A stretch of 64,000 nucleotides of DNA from Gammaproteobacteria bacterium (GTDB lineage Bacteria > Pseudomonadota > Gammaproteobacteria > Burkholderiales > Burkholderiaceae_C): positions 139,704 through 203,703 of the forward strand of contig JAHIYE010000013.1 in the NCBI GenBank assembly GCA_018815325.1, read 5' to 3'. How positions within the stretch are numbered: the first letter of the stretch is position 1; each line of letters starts with the position of its first letter. Both the position numbers and the translations under genes were made by a program. Shown one piece after another: positions 10,508 through 19,227 of the stretch. The notes under the pieces were generated by a model. That model saw only the letters and a program-made list of their open reading frames with translations, searched no databases and was not told the DNA's origin.

Positions 10508-13027
10508 TCATCGCAATACCTGCGGGTTAGATCGGCCTTGCAGAGCTTCTATTTCCGCATCACTCAACCAGCTTGACACCGTCACATCCAACGCGTTCGC
10601 AGCAGTGGCAAGAACGTGTGCCCAAGTACATTGGTTGGCAAATAGCATTCCGAACGTGTCCAACGTTCCGCCGCGATTATTGAACCCGAGATACCATGTG
10701 TATTTGCGTCCCGTGTCAATCCGCCTTAGCACACCAGCGAGCAGTTCGGTCCGCGTATGCGACAACACGACACGCGCCTTGCTGTGCATTGGAAAAAGCT
10801 CGTTAATTACTTTGTCGGAAAGCGTAACTATGGCTTCCCTATCATCACGGGGTACTCTCAACCGTCCAGGCTCAATCACAACTATCACAGCATGGGAAAC
10901 ATTCCGCTCTGACAACCGACGCGAGGCACGCATCACCTCGTTGAGTTGATATGCGCCTATCGAAATCAAGACAAGCCGCTCCTCGTCGCGCCCTGATCCA
11001 TGGATGCGAATAGCACCATCGGTTACCAGTCTGCGTGACTGCGTTCGATCCAGCCTACAGGGAATCGGTCGCTTGGGCACCACCAGTGTCCATATTTCAC
11101 CTTGAGTTTTGTAACAAGCCTCCAGGCACGCCAAGACCGTATTAGCATCAGGTGGAAACAATACCCTGGCACGGTCGCAGGGTTCAACCATCCACACCTC
11201 TGAAAGCGTCGTGTCCTGATGCGACAGTTCGTTCTTGCCGTTTTCCCATGCATGCGATGTAAGAACTACCGGAACCGACAGCCAGCCTGGGGGACGTCCT
11301 GCAATCGCCTGTTGCCTGGCGAAATTCATCTCTTGGCGCATCGCGCCCAACATCTTTACAGCAAAGGCCTCATAACTAACCACCAGGTTCAAACCCGCCT
11401 TGTTCGCTAGTGCGGCGGATATAACCGCCTCCTCGTTAAGAGCAGTGATGACTGCCCCATCGAGTGCTTCCGGTACGTTTATTTCTGGTCGCACGGATCG
11501 GTGACGGAAATTTTCAAGCGTTTCCGCCATCCCGTTACTACGTAACTCGTCTGGGTTTCCGACTCTTACTCGGAGTTCGGGGTTGGCCCTTGCTATAGCT
11601 ATGAAAGCACGATCAAGTACCTGCATAGGAGATTCTTCTGAGACTTGATGACTCAGTTCGCTCCAGGGAATTTCTGCCGCAACACATGAGACTCTACGCA
11701 CGGAAAGTGCATGGTCGCGCTCACGAGGTCGTCCCTGTGCATCGTGATTGCACATAACGCTGACGTATTCCGCCAGTTCTTCTTGCGATACCCACAGGGT
11801 ATGGACCGCTTCATTAAAGACATTTCTCGCCTTGGGATCGATGGCCGGTATAGATCCAAGCGGCAAGTTGTGGGCGAGATTGGTACCTGCGCCGGGAAAT
11901 CCATAGCCCTTGGGCGCTTTCGCGATCGTATAGTGCAGTGGCGCAGGATAGCGTAGCGCCCCCTCCTGCGCGGCACTCACGCAGGACGACAACCGAGATT
12001 CAGCTTCAAGAATTGCCCACGTAAATGCCGCCGGATCAGTACCATCGATTTCAATCGGATCGAAGCCATTCAGCCGTAGGTGACGCGAAAACCACTCCGA
12101 TCCACCGTCTTGTGCCATTGAACTGCGCTGTTCAATGCGTCGTCCATTCAGTAACATGATGGGAAGTACGAGCCCGCTATCGTTTGCACGCCACCAGCGG
12201 GGTGCCCAGTCAGCTCCACGTTGCTCTTCAAAAGCACCATCACTCAAAAATGCAACCAATGTTTCACCCGGCAACGGCATATGAACGTATTGCAACTCCG
12301 CAAAACCAAGATATCCACCTTCAATCAACCCGCCCGCCGTATGGGCATTGACATGACTTCCCAGAGGAGCGGCCGGCTCTCCACTGGGAGAGATTGCATA
12401 AGAATAGAAGTCGTCGCACAAGCGAGACAATCCTTCTTGGCTCTTGTTGTAGCGACTTGCTTGCTCTGGATGAAGGTTGCCAACGAGCACATTTACGGCA
12501 TCAATTGCAGCAACACAGTGCCCCTGCCCCATGAGCCATGATCTGGTACTACCGGTCAGTGCATTGGCCAGCAGGTAGCCGACATAAGCTGGCACCATGT
12601 TCAAAGAACCGCCAGTATGACCATTGGGAATGGCTTTGAAGTCCGACTTTTCCAGAGGCCTTCCGTCAATGTGAACACTTTTCGCATATGTCATATGCGC
12701 CACCAACCACATGGCAGCACTTGTCAGTCGATCTGCCGCCGTGAATAGCTTCCAAATCTCTTCAGCGCTCCGGTTTGTATCGTGGCCCAGCATACTTGAA
12801 ACCAGGCACTGAACGCGCAGCTGCGTTTTATTCTCATGCCTAATTACTCCGTAACCTCCCGCCCATTTCTCAAGCAGCATGTCGTCCCGGCGCCAGGCTT
12901 CAGCCTCAACAGCGTCACGGTGCTTCTCATGCTGCATATATGGCGAAGTTATTTCGCAAGCGTAGGGAAAGCAATCAGACCCGTCTGTTGAACTCTCAGA
13001 TCCAGTTCGCATTGACTTCTTCATCAC
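10508..13027 (-). CDS. xfp: Phosphoketolase (xylulose-5-P / fructose-6-P phosphoketolase)
   Basis: 839 aa with typical XFP length and thiamine-diphosphate enzyme motifs (GHG.., LPIMLLNGRRI, EAFAVKM). The true start may be internal. Confidence 0.85.
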   Translation of the reverse strand: MMKKSMRTGSESSTDGSDCFPYACEITSPYMQHEKHRDAVEAEAWRRDDMLLEKWAGGYGVIRHENKTQLRVQCLVSSMLGHDTNRSAEEIWKLFTAADRLTSAAMWLVAHMTYAKSVHIDGRPLEKSDFKAIPNGHTGGSLNMVPAYVGYLLANALTGSTRSWLMGQGHCVAAIDAVNVLVGNLHPEQASRYNKSQEGLSRLCDDFYSYAISPSGEPAAPLGSHVNAHTAGGLIEGGYLGFAELQYVHMPLPGETLVAFLSDGAFEEQRGADWAPRWWRANDSGLVLPIMLLNGRRIEQRSSMAQDGGSEWFSRHLRLNGFDPIEIDGTDPAAFTWAILEAESRLSSCVSAAQEGALRYPAPLHYTIAKAPKGYGFPGAGTNLAHNLPLGSIPAIDPKARNVFNEAVHTLWVSQEELAEYVSVMCNHDAQGRPRERDHALSVRRVSCVAAEIPWSELSHQVSEESPMQVLDRAFIAIARANPELRVRVGNPDELRSNGMAETLENFRHRSVRPEINVPEALDGAVITALNEEAVISAALANKAGLNLVVSYEAFAVKMLGAMRQEMNFARQQAIAGRPPGWLSVPVVLTSHAWENGKNELSHQDTTLSEVWMVEPCDRARVLFPPDANTVLACLEACYKTQGEIWTLVVPKRPIPCRLDRTQSRRLVTDGAIRIHGSGRDEERLVLISIGAYQLNEVMRASRRLSERNVSHAVIVVIEPGRLRVPRDDREAIVTLSDKVINELFPMHSKARVVLSHTRTELLAGVLRRIDTGRKYTWYLGFNNRGGTLDTFGMLFANQCTWAHVLATAANALDVTVSSWLSDAEIEALQGRSNPQVLR

Positions 13028-13767
13028 CGAGACCCCTGTCGCATCATGTTGCGAACTTTATTGGAGTCAAACTGACGCCACGTGATGTGCTCATAGATGC
13101 TGCTCCAGTACATGCCGAAAGCAAAGCCGAATAAAAGCTCCTCTATCGGCAGTCCCGCTGGATGCCATGCAACTAGCGCATCGAAGTTCCAAACCGCTGC
13201 GATATACCCTGGCCAGATCCATTTCAACCCCAGCAGGAATATTGCATACAGAGTCAAAAAGATGCTGCCGCCAAAGAGCATATTGCGCCAGAGGTCGGGG
13301 CGACACATCAAGGTCGCCACTGCGCCTGCAGCCATCGCGATGATTCCCGGATAGATAGGCATCCACTTAAAAGGCAGGAGCGAAATGAAAATCAAAAACG
13401 GACTCGCTAACGCAATAAAATGCCAGCGATGTCGTGGTGATGACCGAGCATGATGATCCAACCGGACAAGAGGCGAAGGCACCAATGCTCGATAACTGGC
13501 TATGCCAATGCCACCTATGGCATAGCAAAAGATAAGGCTTTCAATATCAAACCCAGTGCGCTGTGCAAGGTCAAATAGGCTGGGCGGGTTCCAGTATGAG
13601 GGTACAAACAGGGGCTCTGTTAATCCGAAAGGCGCCGTCAACGCACTGGCCCACAACATGGAGCGGCGCAGCTCAGGTCTCGCAATGAACAGCCCCGCCC
13701 AAGGCAACAAAAACGCGGATGCCCAAATAAACCAGGTGTATTGAAAAGAAGTTTCAGCCAGCGTCAC
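13024..13767 (-). CDS. Polytopic membrane protein with lycopene-cyclase-type domains
   Basis: 247 aa, very hydrophobic. Two PxE(E)-like motifs (LTEPLF, PIEELLF) resemble heterodimeric lycopene cyclase domains. It overlaps the xfp start by 4 nt. Confidence 0.5.
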   Translation of the reverse strand: MTLAETSFQYTWFIWASAFLLPWAGLFIARPELRRSMLWASALTAPFGLTEPLFVPSYWNPPSLFDLAQRTGFDIESLIFCYAIGGIGIASYRALVPSPLVRLDHHARSSPRHRWHFIALASPFLIFISLLPFKWMPIYPGIIAMAAGAVATLMCRPDLWRNMLFGGSIFLTLYAIFLLGLKWIWPGYIAAVWNFDALVAWHPAGLPIEELLFGFAFGMYWSSIYEHITWRQFDSNKVRNMMRQGSR

Positions 13768-13851
13768 GTGCCAACTCCCATTTATATAAGGTGAATGATT
13801 TCAACCCATGCAACGTATAAGTTATGCGAACTCATTGCATACCTAAATCGT

Positions 13852-14145
13852 TTACGTGCTGCAGCAGCAACCACTTCGACCGAATGCAGGTTGGGACTTC
13901 GTGCCCTGTGAGCAAGTTTCCGATGCCTCGCTGGCTGCCAGCTGGGCGTGGTATCCCAAATTAGAAAGTGCGACAACAAGTCCGTCTGCATGCATGTGAG
14001 ACTCGCCATTCACGCGGACAGATCCCTTCTCCAGATCAACAGCCACATGGCTGATCCCATTGACTGACTTGAGCGCATGGGTAATGCGGTCTACGCAGGA
14101 AGCACAGAACATACCCTGAACTTCAAAAGTTAAAGTATTCACCAT
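13852..14145 (-). CDS. Heavy-metal-associated (HMA) domain protein
   Basis: 97 aa with the GMFCASC metal-binding motif and a C-terminal CCC. Confidence 0.8.
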   Translation of the reverse strand: MVNTLTFEVQGMFCASCVDRITHALKSVNGISHVAVDLEKGSVRVNGESHMHADGLVVALSNLGYHAQLAASEASETCSQGTKSQPAFGRSGCCCST

Positions 14146-14262
14146 TTATCTCCTATTCATTAAAAAATTAATAAAGAAAAGCCCCTAGCAGTGCAGCCAA
14201 TACTTTTCTCATTGTTGTCAGCATTTGCCTAAATCAAGAGCGCGAGCCAGACTGCTTCTGGC

Positions 14263-14685
14263 TCATACCTCAATCCTTTTGTCCGGCTCAAACCCTTCAA
14301 TCAGTCCGCAAACATGGCGTCCTTCAGGAATACCGTCGGGCATAAGCTCCCAAGCCTCTATTGCATTCTGCATTTGTCGAAACAACGCAATTTCTCTCTC
14401 GATTTGCTTTTCTTTTTCGTGCAATCTTTCAGCAAGAATTTCCCGTGCTTTGGGACACGGGAGAACTCCCTGCTCGCTCATCCCTAGAAGTTCCGCAACA
14501 TCTTTCAACTTGAATCCAAGCCCTACAGCGCTTCGAATGAATTGAATGCGATGAACCGTTCTACTGGAGAACTTTTGATAGCCGTTACCTTCTCTACGTT
14601 CTGCCCGTATCAATCCTAGACGCGTGTAATAACGCACGGTGTCAAGACTGACGCCAGAAGCTTGTGCCAATTCAATCATTTGCAT
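14263..14685 (-). CDS. MerR-family transcriptional regulator
   Basis: 140 aa with an N-terminal HTH (VSLDTVRYYTRLGLI), a coiled-coil dimerisation helix, and Cys residues in LPCP and HVCG. Confidence 0.85.
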   Translation of the reverse strand: MQMIELAQASGVSLDTVRYYTRLGLIRAERREGNGYQKFSSRTVHRIQFIRSAVGLGFKLKDVAELLGMSEQGVLPCPKAREILAERLHEKEKQIEREIALFRQMQNAIEAWELMPDGIPEGRHVCGLIEGFEPDKRIEV

Positions 14686-14748
14686 TTAAGTCTCTTTAAA
14701 TTCTTTTGATACACCTCTATGACTGCTAGGAAGGCTTCTGTAGATATC

Positions 14749-14785
14749 AATGTAAAACCTATGTGCAACTCGCATGTCAAGCTCT
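14749..14785 (-). promoter_or_regulatory. MerR-type promoter/operator (copy A of a duplicated 36-bp module)
   Basis: The minus strand reads TTGACA - 19/20 nt - TTACAT/TACATT. 31 of 36 nt are identical to 16909-16944. It lies directly upstream of the merR-like gene. Confidence 0.55.
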
Positions 14786-14942
14786 CACTCGATTTCGCAT
14801 TAAGAGAACTCAGCACGTTTGTTGTTGCTTTAATGTCAACAGATTTAGTTCCAAATGAATGCCACTCGCCATTCAAAGATAGGTTGTCATGTGAGCTGCG
14901 AACAAAAGGCGAATATTCCGTTATTCGCAGCTAAGTTCAGCC

Positions 14943-15281
14943 TTAACGTCGACCGAACTCTTGCCTGATGTACTTCAGCACCTCTCTTACCTCTTTGTTT
15001 GTCAGTGACGGGTTTCCGCCTTTCGCTGGCATAGCCATCGGTGACTCGGGGCCCTGGAAACCCTCAGTGACGTGTTTACTCAGAACAGCGTCAGATTTGC
15101 TCAGGGGACCATCCTTGCGTTTGAAATCAGGCACGCCGGGGATTACGCCGCCTCCATCTGCACCGTGACAAGCAATGCACGTGCTCTCGAACACTGTCTT
15201 GCCGACGCCGGCTGGCGCTGCAATCGCGCTGTTTAGGAAAAGAAGTGAGGTCAGGCCCAACAGAAACTTGATGTTCGCCAT
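14943..15281 (-). CDS. Periplasmic c-type cytochrome
   Basis: 112 aa with a signal peptide and CIACHG. Confidence 0.8.
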   Translation of the reverse strand: MANIKFLLGLTSLLFLNSAIAAPAGVGKTVFESTCIACHGADGGGVIPGVPDFKRKDGPLSKSDAVLSKHVTEGFQGPESPMAMPAKGGNPSLTNKEVREVLKYIRQEFGRR

Positions 15282-15282
15282 C

Positions 15283-15600
15283 TCAGTTGCTCCCTTGCAT
15301 GAATTTCAGGATGTCACGTGTTTCCTGCCCTGTCAGCCCGGCTCTGATTCGCATGTGCTGCATGATCACCGGCCACTGGTCATCGCGATAATCCTTGGGA
15401 TCTCGCGCATTGTGGCAACGTGAGCAATTATTGGCCCAAGCTTGCGCCCCCCTCGCATAGGAAGCCAGATTTTGCTTGGCATCTTCACTCTTGGTTTCAG
15501 CTGAAGACGACGCTGCAAGCACAGGTAACGAAAATGCTACGAGTATTGCGACCGCGATTGAGTTGCTCCATACTTTCCTGTTGCTGTATTTCATGATCAA
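15283..15600 (-). CDS. Periplasmic c-type cytochrome
   Basis: 105 aa with a signal peptide and CSRCHN. Confidence 0.75.
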   Translation of the reverse strand: MIMKYSNRKVWSNSIAVAILVAFSLPVLAASSSAETKSEDAKQNLASYARGAQAWANNCSRCHNARDPKDYRDDQWPVIMQHMRIRAGLTGQETRDILKFMQGSN

Positions 15601-15606
15601 TTCTCC

Positions 15607-16851
15607 TTAGAAACCGTACGCAAGTTGTAACAGCAGACGGTCATCGTTATTAGCCGTTCCCAGCTGCCCCTGATTCCACTCGTAGCCGATCTTGGCTACT
15701 GCGCTAGGTGTTACCCAGTAATTCAGCCCGACTCCCCATTGCCGCTTACTCTGGTCGGCCAACGGTGAGTGAAATTTACCGTAGCGAATAACGGGCTCCC
15801 ATTTCGACGTCAGCTTGTAAGCCGCCTGGACATAGCTTGTCTTCCATGTCCCTCCCTGCGGGGCGACACTTGATGCGAGGTTTCCCACACTCTGCTGGAT
15901 ATATTCACCCCGCAGTTCCAGTGCCTTGCGCTGATATGCAAAGTCAACTCCCGAAACGCTGTAGCTACGCAAGGATTCGATGGTCCCGCCTGAGGGCACG
16001 ACCCCTACCTTGCTGGTTCCAGCAGAAATACCGAGTTCCAGCCCTGGCATTGGCAGTACGCCGAAACGCCCCCCGATCAGTTTGCTATTGGATGGATTGT
16101 TGGTAGATGCCTCACCTTTGACACCTGTTATTTCAGTGCCACCTGAACTGATTTCAAGTTTCGGACCGTTTCCCACATAGAGGGCATAGTTAGCCTTCGT
16201 GGCAGCGCCGAGATGAAAGCCTCCGCGCAATCCAGCTCCTATGGCGGATTCAGGTGCTGCCGAACCTTCTCCACCGAAACCAGGAGGACGTGATGCGAAT
16301 TTATTGATCCAAGCTGGATGAATATTTGGGAAAAAGTTTCCGATGGGCGTCAGAAACTTCCCAGCAAATGCCGTCACGCTATCGTTTAAGAAAACGTTCA
16401 GGTTTGCATATTCGAGATCAACATCCGTGCCGCCTGTGGTGTTTGACTTGAGATTAAGCTCCGTTTCGAAGAAGAGCAGATCCTTGTATGAATAGTGAAA
16501 AATCGGCGCAAACTGTACCGTGTCAAATGCACCGGTTGCTCCTTTTCTGGATGCATACCCCATCGAGCCATAGCCAGTGAGATGTGCAGAAGAATTTACA
16601 TCCATCGCACGGGACTGCGAACGACTGACCTGAGCGACATCGGCCTGAACCGCCTTGACATCTTCTATGGTCGCCGCTTTCTGCCCCTGATCTTTTATCG
16701 CTGCTCTCAGCTCCTGGATCTGTTGCTTGAGCAAATCCACCTCTTGTTTGAGTGTCGACAGATCATCGGCACTCCATGCGGTGGTTGAGAATGCTGCTGC
16801 AAGTGCAGCAACTAAAACAGCATAGCGAAACGGTTTTTTTTGCTTGTACAT
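15607..16851 (-). CDS. Outer-membrane porin with N-terminal coiled coil
   Basis: 414 aa with a signal peptide and a coiled-coil segment (LKQEVDLLKQQIQELRAAIK). Alternating beta-strand pattern ends in ...LQLAYGF. Confidence 0.7.
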   Translation of the reverse strand: MYKQKKPFRYAVLVAALAAAFSTTAWSADDLSTLKQEVDLLKQQIQELRAAIKDQGQKAATIEDVKAVQADVAQVSRSQSRAMDVNSSAHLTGYGSMGYASRKGATGAFDTVQFAPIFHYSYKDLLFFETELNLKSNTTGGTDVDLEYANLNVFLNDSVTAFAGKFLTPIGNFFPNIHPAWINKFASRPPGFGGEGSAAPESAIGAGLRGGFHLGAATKANYALYVGNGPKLEISSGGTEITGVKGEASTNNPSNSKLIGGRFGVLPMPGLELGISAGTSKVGVVPSGGTIESLRSYSVSGVDFAYQRKALELRGEYIQQSVGNLASSVAPQGGTWKTSYVQAAYKLTSKWEPVIRYGKFHSPLADQSKRQWGVGLNYWVTPSAVAKIGYEWNQGQLGTANNDDRLLLQLAYGF

Positions 16852-16907
16852 ACTGTGCTCCTTTCAAATTTTTTCAATGCGCTGACATATGCCTGGGTGA
16901 ACGTGAA

Positions 16908-16944
16908 AATGTAAAACCTATGTGCGGCCCACAAGTCAAGCTCT
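16908..16944 (-). promoter_or_regulatory. MerR-type promoter/operator (copy B)
   Basis: The minus strand reads TTGACT - 19/20 nt - TTACAT/TACATT, with the near-palindrome TGTGGGCCGCACA in the spacer. It lies upstream of the porin/cytochrome operon. Confidence 0.55.
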
Positions 16945-17136
16945 TCCCCATGAGTCCACTCAGCGACAGACACTTACTTTCTAAATTCAGTCCGTCCTTG
17001 TATGGGGTCGGATGGCTTCTGGATTGCTGTTTGGACTGGAAGGGCGAACATTCGCCCCAAAGCACAGTGCCAAAAGAGATGCAAAGAGGGACGAACTCGG
17101 CAAAGCGAAACGCTCAGCCAGAACGTCTGGGAGGCA

Positions 17137-17589
17137 CTACAAGGCCAATCGCGAGAAGCGAGTTCTGATGGGTGGGCCAGATGCATTAATGCGCTGGCCC
17201 TTATTTGCGTTGATATAAAACCCGTTTGACTCCGACGGGAGCCAAACTACCGTAAACAAGGGAGGTGGCCCCTTATCGGCTGGGTGTGGATCAGCGAGGT
17301 GATCTGTGACCGCACCGCGGGTGCAGTCATCGCATACATGCAGACACGATTCTATGGAGACGTCAGATTCAGTGTGATGGTAGAAAGCTCCACTCGTCAC
17401 AAGCCCACCTAAATCCTCTGAACCGGTCTCCGGAACATTGGAGTTGATAACTTGAGAGTCATGAATGTGCTCCGCATAGTCCTGCAACAGACAAGCATTG
17501 GCCACACCTGATACCCAGGCAAACATCCAGACAAACAACATCACATTGATGGTGATGCGGTTGGTGCGAGGGCTCGAAAATAGTTTCAT
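17137..17589 (-). CDS. Small exported/anchored His/Cys-containing protein (paralog of 32030-32473)
   Basis: 150 aa. It shares VWMFA..G.ANAC.LQD...HIH.S, S.CL.VC.D and the C-terminal P.RTRFSRL.L with the 147-aa paralog. Confidence 0.6.
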   Translation of the reverse strand: MKLFSSPRTNRITINVMLFVWMFAWVSGVANACLLQDYAEHIHDSQVINSNVPETGSEDLGGLVTSGAFYHHTESDVSIESCLHVCDDCTRGAVTDHLADPHPADKGPPPLFTVVWLPSESNGFYINANKGQRINASGPPIRTRFSRLAL

Positions 17590-17790
17590 GGTCTGAAGAC
17601 ACTTCCAGAAAGTACTTTATTCAGCCCTGGCGCTAACGCTTTGATATAAGTCAAACAATACTGTCGTACACGTGGTGCCATCGGTCATACGTCGCAGATT
17701 CGACTGAATTTCTGTTCTACCCAGTGCGGCATGACCAACCTGAAGCCACTCCAAACAAAGCATTTTGTAAGTTGACCGTTCCTGATGTAC

Positions 17791-18990
17791 TCATGCGTCC
17801 TGTTCACTCTGCCTTATATGCCGTCCCGTGATTACAGCAAGAAAGACTATGCCGAATATCGCTGAAGCAACCGATCCAACGAGAATTCCCAGCTTGGCCG
17901 AAATCGCCAATGTTCCGTAAGAACTGAATGCGACTCCTGCAAAGAACAGACTCATCGTAAAACCTATGCCGGCCAGCATGGAGGCGCCGATCAACTGCGA
18001 CCAGCGCGCTTGAAGCGGAAGTTGCGCCAAGCCCAGACGCACCGATAGCCAGCCAAACCCCAAGATCCCGATCGGCTTACCGACGAAAAGCGCCAGTGCC
18101 GTTCCCAGGATAACTTCTGTAGATAGTTTCCCCGCTGTCATGTCAAACAAGCCAACGCCTGAGTTGAAAAAGGCAAATACAGGCACGATGCCCAGCGCCA
18201 CCCAGGGACGAAGGCCCTGTTCTGCTGCACGAAGAGGTGAGCGCCTGCGTCCGGTCGTCCTCAGGGGTACGGTCAGTCCGATCAGGAATCCAGCCACGGT
18301 GGCGTGAACACCTGATTGGAGTAAGGCGAACCACAACGCTAGTCCTGCTACGACGTAGGCCGATGTGCGCGTAACGCCAGTTCGGTTGAGAAGTATCAAC
18401 ACGAGCAGCGCCGCCCCCGCAACTATCAGTGACACGAGCGAAAGACTATCTGTGAAGACGGCCGCAAGAATAACAATCGCCCCCATGTCATCAAATATCG
18501 CTAGCGCAAGAAGAAACGTCCTTACCGTGGGCGGCACCTTCGCGCCAAGTACGTTCAACGCCGCAATCGCGAGAACCGTATCGGTTGCGCTGGGAATCGC
18601 CCAGCCTCGAACTGCTGCTGTATCGCTCCACGTGAACAGCAAGTAGATCAAAGCGGGAATCAGCATTCCTCCCAGTGCGGCGATTGCAGGCAAAGCAACT
18701 CGCGCCGTCGTGTCAAGATGTCCGTCCAGAATCTCCCGCTTGATCTCTAGCGCGACCAGAAGGAAGAAAAATACCATCAACCCTTCATTTATCCAGAGTA
18801 TCAGGGGCTTCTCCACCATGAGAGATCCGAATCGAATCGCGACCGGAGTGTGATGCACCAATTGGTAGATTGGTTTAAAAGATGAGTTCACCATCAGGAA
18901 CGCGGTAATCATCGCCCCAACGGTCAGCGGGCCCGATGCCTTCTCGGGTTGCTGTAACCAGAAAACGATACGACGCAAAAAGTTCATCAA
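17791..18990 (-). CDS. nhaA: Na+/H+ antiporter NhaA
   Basis: 399 aa with FFFLLVALEIKRE and AIFDDMGAI signatures. Confidence 0.9.
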   Translation of the reverse strand: MMNFLRRIVFWLQQPEKASGPLTVGAMITAFLMVNSSFKPIYQLVHHTPVAIRFGSLMVEKPLILWINEGLMVFFFLLVALEIKREILDGHLDTTARVALPAIAALGGMLIPALIYLLFTWSDTAAVRGWAIPSATDTVLAIAALNVLGAKVPPTVRTFLLALAIFDDMGAIVILAAVFTDSLSLVSLIVAGAALLVLILLNRTGVTRTSAYVVAGLALWFALLQSGVHATVAGFLIGLTVPLRTTGRRRSPLRAAEQGLRPWVALGIVPVFAFFNSGVGLFDMTAGKLSTEVILGTALALFVGKPIGILGFGWLSVRLGLAQLPLQARWSQLIGASMLAGIGFTMSLFFAGVAFSSYGTLAISAKLGILVGSVASAIFGIVFLAVITGRHIRQSEQDA

Positions 18991-19227
18991 GTCGTCCGTC
19001 TGTTCAACGTGGTTGGTGTGGTGTTAGGCCGAACCCCGCATTCAAGCAACTGATTCGTATGCAGCCTCTGATGCAACCATGCTGAATGCTTGTAGACGCG
19101 AATACTGGCATCAATCAACCTCGAATGAATTGTCAGCCGAGAAGACACACTGCGCAGACAGCGGATCACTTGAAAAGTCATGCCACTAGAAACTATCACG
19201 TTGGCCACCTGTCTTGTCTCACTTTGG

